From NCBI GenBank assembly GCA_028826165.1, contig JAPDFW010000022.1, forward strand, positions 566,758 through 630,757: a stretch of DNA of 64,000 nucleotides. Direction: 5' to 3'. The translations under genes and the position numbers were made by a program. Below are positions 37,954 to 50,733 of this stretch, piece after piece (the first letter of the stretch is position 1; each line of letters opens with the position of its first letter). The DNA comes from Anaeramoeba ignava BMAN. Taxonomy: Eukaryota > Protista > Anaeramoebae. The notes beneath the pieces are model-generated. The model worked only from the letters and a program-made list of their open reading frames with translations. It ran no database searches and was not told the origin of the DNA.

Positions 37954-40900
37954 ATGGATGATTCTTTAAATCAAAAAAAAATAAATCAAATAAATCTTCG
38001 AGAAAAAGTATTAAAATACTCCAAACAAAAGAAAAAAAAGAAGCGAAATCCACCCAAAGAAACAAAACAAAACGATTTTCAAAAAACACAAAATTCACAT
38101 CAAATGAATAAAATACATTTAAAACCAAGATTTTCAACAATTTATCAATCACCTTTACAATTCTCTTCAATTAATTCACCAAGAAGACTAACATTACTAA
38201 TGTCACCACAAAACCAACAAGAAAACATCTCTCACGAACAAAATTTATTAGTGAACTCTTCTTTAAAAACACTTAACACTCCTAAAAATTCAAAACCAAA
38301 AAGAAGAAAACAATATCGTGTCAAAATTTCATCTCAAAAAAACCAAATCCAAAACGAAAATCCTCAAGATAGTCAGAAAAATGAACACAACACTTTCCAC
38401 CCTCATAAAATGTCTGTCTCGCATGACTTACAGAAATTGGGAGAAAGGAAAAAAAGAATTAAATTAATTCCCAAAACAATGTTTCGAGATTCAAAAAAAA
38501 ATAATTTAGAAGCAAATAATCAAAACCAACAAAAGCATCAATTGGCAAAATCAGTAAATCTCTTGAAAACAAGTTCACCACAAAATAAAGAAACATCTAT
38601 TGAAATGGAAAAAAATGAGAAAAATGTTGATCAGCCACGAATTCAAAAACTTATCTTTGAAAATCAATATTTATTAAAAATGATAAAGGAAAAAAAACAA
38701 GAAAATTTAAACTTGAATCAAAAAATTGAAAATTTACAAAAAAAACAAGCGCAAAAAAGAAAGTCGTTTATAAACCAGCAAAAAATAATAAATCTAAAAC
38801 CAGAAAACGAAGTAGAAAATGAGAAATTTGTTAAAAATCAGAAAAAAGAAATCCAAAAACTCAAATCAAAACTGAAATCATTCAAAGAAAAAGACAAGAA
38901 GATGCAAGTCCTAAATACTGAGAAAGAGGCGCAAATCAGGCAACTTCTCCAGTTAAAGCAATCACTTGATGAGAATATTTTGGCATATAAAAATCAAAAT
39001 GAGAAAATAAATTACGAAAAAAATACCAAGTTGCAAGACTACCAACAAAAATATGAAGAGAATCAGCAACTCAAAGACAAAATCAACACTATGAACAAAA
39101 CTCTCAATGATCTCCAGTATCAGAACTCTGTTCTTTCGGTGGATCTTAAAGAAAAGAATAAAGAGATTCACTCACTAAAAGAATCAAAAGAAAATCGATC
39201 CAAAAACCAATCAGCAAAAAAGGAGAATCAAGACGAAAAATCGGGTCCTTTTGCAAGAAATCTTGTTTCTTCAGATAATTTGGTTAAAAAAAGAAGCAAT
39301 TCAATTATCAGTTATATTCCTGAAAAAATGGCACATTCTCAAAATATTGTATCGAATAATCATGCGAAAAATCTACAAAATTTTACAAATCAATTACGCA
39401 TTCTAGAACAAAGACAATTAAAAAGTTTTTCGCCTAAAATCGAGCAGAACATCCGATCAGAAGAAAACTCACCGTTTCATTTATTAAACACAAAGGAGCC
39501 GCGAAGATCATTCCATATAAATCCAAATCGACTTTCGGAAAAATTTATTCATCAGGAAGAAAATCAAGAGAATTACAATAAAAAACAACAGAAACAGAAA
39601 AAGCACCTTTTGGTTCATGTTGATGACAATCTCTCGAACGAAGAAAAAATATCGATGCTTGTGGATGCATATGTTCCGAAGCAATACCGGAATTCCATGA
39701 AAAGAGAAATACAAAAAATCATATCGAAAGAAATTTGGAAAAAAACTGTCAGATATCAACAGGCAAAAATAGGAATGGATAAATACAAGATCAACTATAA
39801 AGAATTGAATGAAACTGTTGAGCAAATTTATCAACGTTCAAAAAACGGACAAATCACGATCGAAATGGAAAATCAATTATTAAAAGAACTGCTTTCGAAC
39901 AAGGTTTTAAACAATCAAGATTTGAATTTCAGATTGGCAGAAGATTTGAAAAGAGAATCCGCTATTAAAATACAAGCGGCTTTGAGGGGATTTTTCCAAA
40001 GAAAAATCACAAGGATTATCAAGAAAAGAAAGAATATTTCGGAGGAAATTCTCAACACGGAAATCACTTATGTTGATATGCTTAAAAAAGTGCGCGATTT
40101 ATATTTGTATCCCTTAAGAAAATTGCAAGTGATTCCCGAAAACAAGGTCAAGATTATTTTTTCGCATCTTGAAAATATTCTTCTTGTAAATGAAAACATG
40201 CTGAACAAATTAGTCGAAAGATTTGGTTCAAAACCGTGGCATTTTGAACAGAAAATCGGGGATATTTTTCTAGAATTAACTCCATTTTTCAAAATTTACA
40301 CAAATTACATCAATAATTACAATCAATCAATGGGGATGTTGAACGAATTGCGAAGTAAAAACGGAAAATTTTCGAAATTTCTAGAAGATGTCAAAAATTT
40401 ACCCGAAAGTCAAAATTTTCCGTTAGAAAGTTTACTTATTACACCAATACAGAGAATCCCAAGATATTCGCTTCTTCTGGATAGTTTGTTTAATAATACC
40501 CCGGCTCAACATCCCGATTATAATAATCTTCGCCAAGCTTCACAAAAGGCTCAAGAAATCGCCGAATATATCAATGAACACAAACGCGACTCAGAAAATA
40601 TTGAGAAGGTCATGATGTTCGATAAGAAACTCAAGCACAAGAAGTTCCATCTCGCAAGTTCGCCTGCGCGGCGGTTTGTGTTGGATGGCGAACTTCTTGT
40701 TTTTGAAGGAGAAAATGTTGGAGATATGAAGTTTATTAATCAGGCTCATCAAAGGAACTCAAAAATTACGGTCAAAAATCGATATTGTATTCTTTTTAAT
40801 GATCTTCTACTCATTTGCAAAGTGAAGAATATCCGATCCAATATTTTTAGAAGAACTCCAAAAAAACAAGATGATGAGATTTTGCATTTCAAGTCGAAAT

Positions 40901-41295
40901 TGGATATTAATTTTCGAACTCAATTAATTAATTTGTTTAATGATGAAACTTCATATAAACTTCAGAAAAAGGAACATGAGGAAATGAGAATCAATCATCC
41001 AAGAACACCACAGCATATCCAGCCCAAGTATTTTAATTTGTTTTGTGTTCATAATAAGAAAAATGTTCTTGATAATGATGTTATTGATGATGATATTCAA
41101 AATATTCAAAAAAATCGAAAAATACAGAAATCTTTTGAGATTAAAGATATTAAGGTTACTTTTAATGCAGAATCTTCACAAGATAAGCAACGTTGGGTTC
41201 AGGCAATTATGTCATTGATTAATGCAGCTAAAAGAAGACAGAAGCAAACTGAAACAAAGAATTTTTCTTCTAAGAAACAAGCTAATTTCATTTGA
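37954..41295 (+). CDS. Coiled-coil + IQ + DH (Dbl) + PH RhoGEF
   Basis: AIKIQAALRGFFQR IQ motif; EILNTEITYV, LESLLITPIQRIPRYSLLL and HPDY DH motifs; RYCILFNDLLL and KQRWVQAI PH motifs. Intronless, 1113 aa. Confidence 0.95.
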   Translation: MDDSLNQKKINQINLREKVLKYSKQKKKKKRNPPKETKQNDFQKTQNSHQMNKIHLKPRFSTIYQSPLQFSSINSPRRLTLLMSPQNQQENISHEQNLLVNSSLKTLNTPKNSKPKRRKQYRVKISSQKNQIQNENPQDSQKNEHNTFHPHKMSVSHDLQKLGERKKRIKLIPKTMFRDSKKNNLEANNQNQQKHQLAKSVNLLKTSSPQNKETSIEMEKNEKNVDQPRIQKLIFENQYLLKMIKEKKQENLNLNQKIENLQKKQAQKRKSFINQQKIINLKPENEVENEKFVKNQKKEIQKLKSKLKSFKEKDKKMQVLNTEKEAQIRQLLQLKQSLDENILAYKNQNEKINYEKNTKLQDYQQKYEENQQLKDKINTMNKTLNDLQYQNSVLSVDLKEKNKEIHSLKESKENRSKNQSAKKENQDEKSGPFARNLVSSDNLVKKRSNSIISYIPEKMAHSQNIVSNNHAKNLQNFTNQLRILEQRQLKSFSPKIEQNIRSEENSPFHLLNTKEPRRSFHINPNRLSEKFIHQEENQENYNKKQQKQKKHLLVHVDDNLSNEEKISMLVDAYVPKQYRNSMKREIQKIISKEIWKKTVRYQQAKIGMDKYKINYKELNETVEQIYQRSKNGQITIEMENQLLKELLSNKVLNNQDLNFRLAEDLKRESAIKIQAALRGFFQRKITRIIKKRKNISEEILNTEITYVDMLKKVRDLYLYPLRKLQVIPENKVKIIFSHLENILLVNENMLNKLVERFGSKPWHFEQKIGDIFLELTPFFKIYTNYINNYNQSMGMLNELRSKNGKFSKFLEDVKNLPESQNFPLESLLITPIQRIPRYSLLLDSLFNNTPAQHPDYNNLRQASQKAQEIAEYINEHKRDSENIEKVMMFDKKLKHKKFHLASSPARRFVLDGELLVFEGENVGDMKFINQAHQRNSKITVKNRYCILFNDLLLICKVKNIRSNIFRRTPKKQDDEILHFKSKLDINFRTQLINLFNDETSYKLQKKEHEEMRINHPRTPQHIQPKYFNLFCVHNKKNVLDNDVIDDDIQNIQKNRKIQKSFEIKDIKVTFNAESSQDKQRWVQAIMSLINAAKRRQKQTETKNFSSKKQANFI

Positions 41296-41349
41296 AAACG
41301 AATGAAAAATTTTTCGAAGAAATCTTTAAAAAACAATTTTATATCTAAT

Positions 41350-41860
41350 CAAAATTCAATTCAAAATTCAATTTTAAATCTAAATCTAAATCTAAATCTA
41401 AATCAATTTTAAATCTAAATCTAAATCAATTTTAAATCAAAATCAATTTTAAATCTAAATCTAAATCTAAATCTAAATCAATTTTAAATCAAAATCAATT
41501 TTAAATCTAAATCTAAATCTAAATCTAAATCAATTTTAAATCTAAATCAATTTTAAATCAAAATCTAAATCAATTTTAAATCTAAATCTAAATCAATTTT
41601 AAATCTAAATCTAAATCAATTTTAAATCAAAATCTAAATCTAAATCAATTTTAAATCTAAATCTAAATCAATTTTAAATCTAAATCAATTTTAAATCTAA
41701 ATCTAAATCTAAATCTAAATCAATTTTAAATCAAAATCAATTTTAAATCTAAATCTAAATCTAAATCTAAATCAATTTTAAATTTAAATCAATTTTAAAT
41801 CTAAATCTAAATCTAAATCAATTTTAATTCAAAATCAATTTTAATTTTAAATCAATTTTA
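41350..41860. repeat. (AAATCT/AAATCAATTTT)n simple repeat downstream of the RhoGEF stop
   Basis: Directly visible tandem units. Confidence 0.9.
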
Positions 41861-41869
41861 ATTCAAAAA

Positions 41870-42720
41870 TTCAAAACTTAAAAATTTAATATTCAAAATT
41901 CAAATATAAGTTTCAACAATTTAATTTTAAAATTTCCAATTCAAAATTGTACAAATTGATTACAAAAAAAATATACTCATTAAAACGATCAACTAATTTC
42001 AAAAATTCAAAATAATTTCATTTCAAAAATTCAAAACAATTTCATTTCAAAACTTAAAAATTTAATATTCAATATTTTGAATAGTTTCAACAATTTAATT
42101 TTAAAATTTCCAATTCAAAATTGTACAAATTGATTACAAAAAAAATATACTCATTAAAGCGATCAACTAATTTCAAAACTTCAAAATAATTTCATTTCAA
42201 AAATTCAAAATAATTTCATTTCAAAAATTCAAAATAATTTCATTTCAAAAATTCAAAATAATTTCATTTCAAAAATTCAAAATAATTTCATTTCAAAAAT
42301 TCAAACTTAAAAATTTAATATTCAATATTTTGAATAGTTTCAACAATTTAATTTTAAAATTTCCGATTCAAAATTGTACAAATTGATTACAAAAAAAATA
42401 TACTCATTAAAACGATCAACTAATTTCAAAAATTCAAAACAATTTCATTTCAAAACTTAAAAATAATTTCATTTCAAAAATTCAAAACAATTCCATTTCA
42501 AAAATTCAAAACAATTTCATTTCAAAAATTCAAAACTTCAAAATATATAGTTTCAACAATTTAATTTTAAAATTTCCGATTCAAAATTGTACAAATTGAT
42601 TACAAAAAAAATATACTCATTAAAACGATCAACTAATTTCAAAAATTTAAAATAATTTCATTTCAAAAATTCAAAACAATTTCATTTCAGAAATTCAAAA
42701 CAATTTCATTTCAAAAATTC
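41870..42720. repeat. Higher-order repeat: 4 copies of a ~110-bp core separated by variable numbers of a 24-nt subunit
   Basis: TTGTACAA core at ~41947, 42121, 42374 and 42587; subunit AAAAATTCAAAATAATTTCATTTC. Confidence 0.88.
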
Positions 42721-43686
42721 AAAGCTCAATAACTTTTTTTTTTTGCTTAATCAAAAGTTTTTTCATTGTTCTTTTTAAATTTAGTTGTGACTCACCAAAA
42801 ATTGAATTCTTTTATTTAAGAATTTGTTATTGTTTTTATTTTTGCTTTTTTTGGGAGTCTTTTCTCAAAAAAAAAATTTTTTTCGCAGATCTTTAATTGT
42901 TTTTTTTTTTTAATTTAATTTTTATTTGAATTGAATTTAATAAAATTTAAAAATTTCCTATTAAATTCTTAATAAAAAATTCGATCAAGTTTATAAATAA
43001 GTTTAAGAGATCATCTATTTTAAATTTTTTTAAAAGAAAAAGGATAATTGTGATTAAATTGAACAAAAATACCCCCAAAACTTTTTCTTATTTCAATTTT
43101 GTAATTTAAATTTTAAATTGTTTTAAATTGTTTTAAATTGTTTTATAAAAAGGAAAAAAAAGTGGAAAAAAAAAATTAAATTTTCTCCATTTAAAAGGTT
43201 TTTTTTTTGTGGATTTTTTTTTTTCTTTTCTCCTTTCCTGTTTAATTTATAATTTAAATATAAAAAATAAAAAAAAAAATAAAAAAAATTAAAAAAAAAA
43301 ATGAAGAGATCAATTTTTTTTTAAAGAAATCAATAAGTTATTTTTTTACTCTTCTTGTTTAGTTTCTCTTTCTTTCATTACTTTATTTTTTTTTTACTCT
43401 TTTACTCTTTTATATTTTTTATATTATTTCCGTTTCTTTTTTTCTTTCATTGTCTTTTTTCCTGTTATTTTATTTTATTTTTATTTTTTTAAAAAAAACT
43501 TTGGAAAAAAACAAATAACAAAATTTTATTTAATTTAATTTAATTTTCAAATTAAATTTAATTTAATTTAATTTCGATTTAAATTTAAACCCAATTTAAA
43601 CAAAACAAAACAAAACAAAACAAAACAAAATAATTCAAAGTAAAAATTCAAATTGAAAATTCAAATCAGAATTTTTAATTGAAAAA

Positions 43687-45057
43687 ATGTTTGGTTTTGA
43701 TCATTGTATTTCTGAATTATCTGATGATTTTGAAGAAGAACTTGTTCAACAAAGTCAAGAACAGATTCAATTATTTTCTCAAAGGTTAGATGATCGCCAT
43801 TTGTCATTTTTAGACAATAAGATCGATAACAAGAATTCAAAACAAGAAGAAAAAGAAAAAGAAAAAGAAAAAGAAAAAAACACTCAAAATAAAATCAATA
43901 AAAATAAAAATAAAAATAAAAATACAAATAAAAATACAAATACAAATAAAAATATAAATCTAAATATAAATCAATATCATTATGAAAATGATTCTGAAAA
44001 TGATTCTGAAAGTGAAGATGAATCTGATTATAATTATGAATTTGAAGACGAAGATCAAGATGAATATGAAAATTACGATCGAGATCAAAATACAGATTTT
44101 ATTGAAAATGAATATGAAAAGGAAAAATCAAAAAAGAAAAATAATAAAAGAAAAATCAACAATAAAAATAACACAAAAAAGAAAGCAAAAAAAAAACAAA
44201 ATAAAAATAATCAAAATATAAACGCAAACAAAACAAACGCAAATAAACAAAATAACAACGCAAATAAAACAAACGAAAATAATATAAATATAAATATAAA
44301 TATAAATATAAATCAAAATAATCAAAATAATCAAAATAATCAAAATAATCAAAATTTTGCTCAAAAATCAAAAAAACAAAATTTTGCTCAAAAAACTCGA
44401 CAAACAAGACAAAAGCCATCTGATAGTAGTCAATTTTTAACACCATCACAAATAATAACAAACTTACAAGACACGCAACCACTTGATCGACTTTCACCTA
44501 ATCTTATACACACAACAAATGGGGAAAAAGAAAACAAAAAAAACAACGACGACATGACAAGCAACAACGAAGAAAACGAAAGCGAAAACGCATACGAAGA
44601 ACTAGTAACGTTTCTGTCACAAAAACCGACGCCCAAAATCGGGTTCAGATTGGATAAAATAGCAAGTTATGATTCAACTATTTTGCTAGGTTGGAATCAA
44701 GGATCCTATAAAGCTTTTTTAAGTGACGGTTCTATTCCAGATCATGTCGAGGTTTTTGATGCTGTTATTGAACTTCTTGTTTCTGTTAAAGGCAGAAAGG
44801 GCAGAACTCAAAGTTCAAAATTTCCTCATAAACAAAAAGTTGTTAAAACAAAAGACTGGAGAAATACTAGAAGAGGTATTGCTGCTTTCTTGCAAAAAAG
44901 TATGGGTCTTATTAATATTACTAATCATAGACATGGCAAAATGGTTTTTGCTAAAAAGGAGTTTGTTGATTTATTTGAAAAAAGCCCTCAAAATGAACAT
45001 GGGCAATCTCCGCAAACTAAGAATCAAACTGAGAATCAAAATCAAGATCAAGATTAA
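43687..45057 (+). CDS. Hypothetical protein: N/Q/E/K low-complexity N-terminus plus a ~130-aa globular basic C-terminal domain
   Basis: 456-aa ORF with a normal-complexity segment at ~44590-44980. Confidence 0.8.
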   Translation: MFGFDHCISELSDDFEEELVQQSQEQIQLFSQRLDDRHLSFLDNKIDNKNSKQEEKEKEKEKEKNTQNKINKNKNKNKNTNKNTNTNKNINLNINQYHYENDSENDSESEDESDYNYEFEDEDQDEYENYDRDQNTDFIENEYEKEKSKKKNNKRKINNKNNTKKKAKKKQNKNNQNINANKTNANKQNNNANKTNENNINININININQNNQNNQNNQNNQNFAQKSKKQNFAQKTRQTRQKPSDSSQFLTPSQIITNLQDTQPLDRLSPNLIHTTNGEKENKKNNDDMTSNNEENESENAYEELVTFLSQKPTPKIGFRLDKIASYDSTILLGWNQGSYKAFLSDGSIPDHVEVFDAVIELLVSVKGRKGRTQSSKFPHKQKVVKTKDWRNTRRGIAAFLQKSMGLINITNHRHGKMVFAKKEFVDLFEKSPQNEHGQSPQTKNQTENQNQDQD

Positions 45058-45244
45058 TTAATTTAAAAAATTTTTTTTTTTTTCTCTTTTTTTCTTGTTC
45101 GTTCTTCTTTTTTTCTCCTTTTTTTTCTTTTTTAAATCTTTTTCATTGTTCTCAAATGAATAAATAAACTTCATTTTGTGTATCAATATTATTTCTTTTT
45201 ATTTTTTATTTCATTTAAACATTTTATTTAAAATTCATTTTCAA

Positions 45245-45965
45245 AAAGAAAATTAGAATTAAATTAATAAAAGAAAATTAGAAATAAATTAATAAAAGAA
45301 AATTGGAATTAAATTAAAAGAAAATTGGAATTAAGTTAATAAGAAAATTAGAATTAAGTTAAAAAAAGAAAATTAGAAATAAGTTAAAAAAAGAAATTTG
45401 GAATTAAATTAAAAGGAAATTAGAATTAAATTAATAAGAAAATTGGAATTAAATTAAAAAGAAAATTGGAATTAAGTTAATAAGAGGAAATTAGAATTAA
45501 GATAATTAAGAATTAAGTTAATAAAAAAAAGAAAATTAAGAAGAAAATTAGAATTTAATTAATAAGAAAAATTAGAATTAAATTAAAAAAAATAGAATTA
45601 AGGAATTAAATTAAAAAAAGGAAATTGGAATTAAATTAAAAAGAAAATTGGAATTAAGTTAATAAAAGAAAATTAGAAATAAGTTAATAAGAAAATTGGA
45701 ATTAAGTTAATAAGAAAATTGGAATTAAGTTAAAAGAAAATCAGAATTAAATTAAAAGAAAATTAGAATTAAATTAATAAAAGAAAATTGGAATTAAATT
45801 AAAAAGAAAATTGGAAATAATTAATAAGAAAATTAGAATTAAGTTAATAAAAGAAAATTAGAATTAAGTTAAAAAGGAAATTGGAATTAAGTTAATAAAA
45901 GAAAATTGGAATTAAATTAATAAAATAAGTTAAAAAGAAAATTGGAATAAGAAAATTGGAATTTA
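45245..45965. repeat. Degenerate ~22-nt tandem repeat (AAGAAAATTGGAATTAAGTTAAT-like), intergenic
   Basis: Directly visible tandem units. Confidence 0.88.
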
Positions 45966-46295
45966 GATAAAAAAAAGAAAAAAAAATTTTTTTTTCATAG
46001 ATCAAAAATTTGACAAAAAAAAATTATAAAAGAGATTATTGGAAAAAAGAAAATAATCTTTAATTTTAAATTTTAATATTAATATTAATATTAATTTTAA
46101 TTAGAGATTAATTTAATTTAACAAAATAAAAACCTTTTTACACGTGTTTTGTAAATTCTTTCTTTTATTTATTTTAATTAAATAAAACAAAAAGGGATAT
46201 TTTTTTTAATTTAAAAAAAAAAAGAATTTAAAAAAAAATTTTTTTATTAAATTTTCTTTTTTCATTTTTTTACTTTTAAAAAGGAAAAAAAAAGT

Positions 46296-48603
<2,308 letters not shown>

Positions 48604-48927
48604 TAAATGAATTTTTTGGTTCGTTTCTTTTTTTTTTTTTCTTTCAATTTTCTTCCAATTTTCTTCCAATTTTTTTTTAAATCATTCCAAATCATTTCAA
48701 AAAACAAAACCAAATTTTTTTTACTCAAATGAAACAATCAAAACTTTCTTTCAATTATTTAATTTATTTTGATTTTTTTATTTAATTTGATTTATTTATT
48801 TGAATTGGGAATTGAATTAAGAATTGGGAATTGAATTAAGAATTGGAAATTGAATTACGTCACTTAGTTTTGTTAAATTTAAATATAATTTTTATTTTTA
48901 ATTTTTCATTTTTTTTATTAAAATTAA

Positions 48928-50664
48928 ATGTTTCCAAATCCATCAAGAATTATTCTAATTTCTGATACTCATGGTTATTTACATTATATAAATACTGCAG
49001 TTGAAAAACATCAAGCAACAGCAGTTATTCATTGTGGAGATTTTGGTCTTTATGATGAAAAATCTGTTGATAGACTTGAAGATCGAGAAGTATTTTAATC
49101 AAAATTAATATTAAAATTAAAATTAAAAATCAAAATCAAAATCAAAATCAAAATTAAAATCAAAATCAAAATCAAAATTAAAATCAAAATTAAAATTAAA
49201 ATTAAAATTAAAATCAAAATTAAAATTAAAATTAAAATCAAAATCAAAATCAAAAAATCAAAATCAAAATCAAAATCAAAATTAATATCAAAATTAAAAT
49301 CAAAATTAAAATTAAAATCAATATCAAAATTAAAATCAAAATCAAAATTCAAAATCAAAATTAAAATTAAAATTAAAATTAAAATCAAAATCAAAATCAA
49401 AATTAAAATCAAAAAATTAAAATCAAAATTAAAAATCAAAATCAAAATTAATATTAAAATTAAAAAGATTATGTTAAGATTAAAACATTGCCATGAAATT
49501 GATCCACAAGAACTTATTAAAGTTAAAAAAAATCAATTAACACCAAAAGAACAAAGAGAATTAGTTCGAAAAAAATATCCATTAAGTGAATTTTCAGATT
49601 ATTTAACAGGAAAAAAAGAATTTCTAGTTCCAGTTTATTTTATTTATGGAAATCATGAAGATGGAGAAGTAGTAAAACAATATAGAAACGATGAAATCTC
49701 TGTTAAAAACCTTCATATTGTCGACGAACATCACACTTACAAGCACGGAAGATTCCGAATTTTTGGATTAGGAGGAAATGTAGTTGAATCACATTTTTTT
49801 GATGATGAAAATAACAGATTTTCAAACGGAAAAATTTTTTCCTCTTTTAGTGAATATGGAACATTATATGAAACGATGAAACAATATCAATTAGAGGACA
49901 ACACACTGAGAATTTGTATGACACATTGTTCTCCAGGAAAAGTTCCGTTTTTGGATCATCTCTGTCAAAAATTAAGTGCTAATTTTTCAGTTTCAGGTCA
50001 TATGGGTTTTCCATTTACAAATTGTTGGACAAATTTCACATTTTCAGAAAAAAATCCGATCAAAAAATTGTCAAATCAACAAATTAATGAAATTGCAAAA
50101 TATTTACCAGCAAATCAATGGAAAGAAAAACAAAAAAAAGAAATTCAACAAGGAATTGATTCTGCTTTTAAAATTTTGGAACCGATTAAATATTCTTCTG
50201 AATTTGTTTCTTTTTATCATACTAATTTTATTAATCTTGTTGATGCTTGTGATGGTTATGCTTTGATTGTTGATGATGGAAATAAAATTTCTTTTGAAAC
50301 TTATAGTTTTGGATATAAACCAACTCTTCCTATTTTTAAATTGAAAGTTGATCACAGACAAGAAAAAAATCAAGAAAATCAAAATCGAAGAAAAAATCGG
50401 GAAAATCAAAATGAAAATTTAAATCAAAGTGAAAATCAAAATCAAAATGAAAATCAAAATCAAAATCAAAGAAAAAATCAAAGAAAAAATCAAAGAAAAA
50501 ATCAAAGAAAAAATCAAAATCAAAATCAAAATCAAAATCAAAATCAAAATCAAAATCAAAATCAAAATCAAAATCAAAATCAAAATCAAAATCAAAATCA
50601 AAATCAAAATCAAAATCAAAATCAAAATCAAAATCAAAATCAAGAAAAAGAAAAAGAAAAATAA
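48928..50664 (+). CDS. Calcineurin-like metallophosphoesterase (DUF2433-like); exons 48928-49089, 49468-50664; (NQ)n tail
   Basis: SDTHG, HCGDFG, YGNHED, MTHCSP and SGHMG metal-binding motifs. Confidence 0.88.
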
Positions 50665-50733
50665 TTAAAAAATAAATTTTTTCTTTTTTCATTTTTCATT
50701 TTTCATTTTTCATTTTTTCATTTTTTTTAAAGC

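Noticed and set aside
41870-42720. CRISPR-like array
   Set aside because: The spacers are copies of one 24-nt subunit rather than unique sequences; no cas genes; eukaryotic context.
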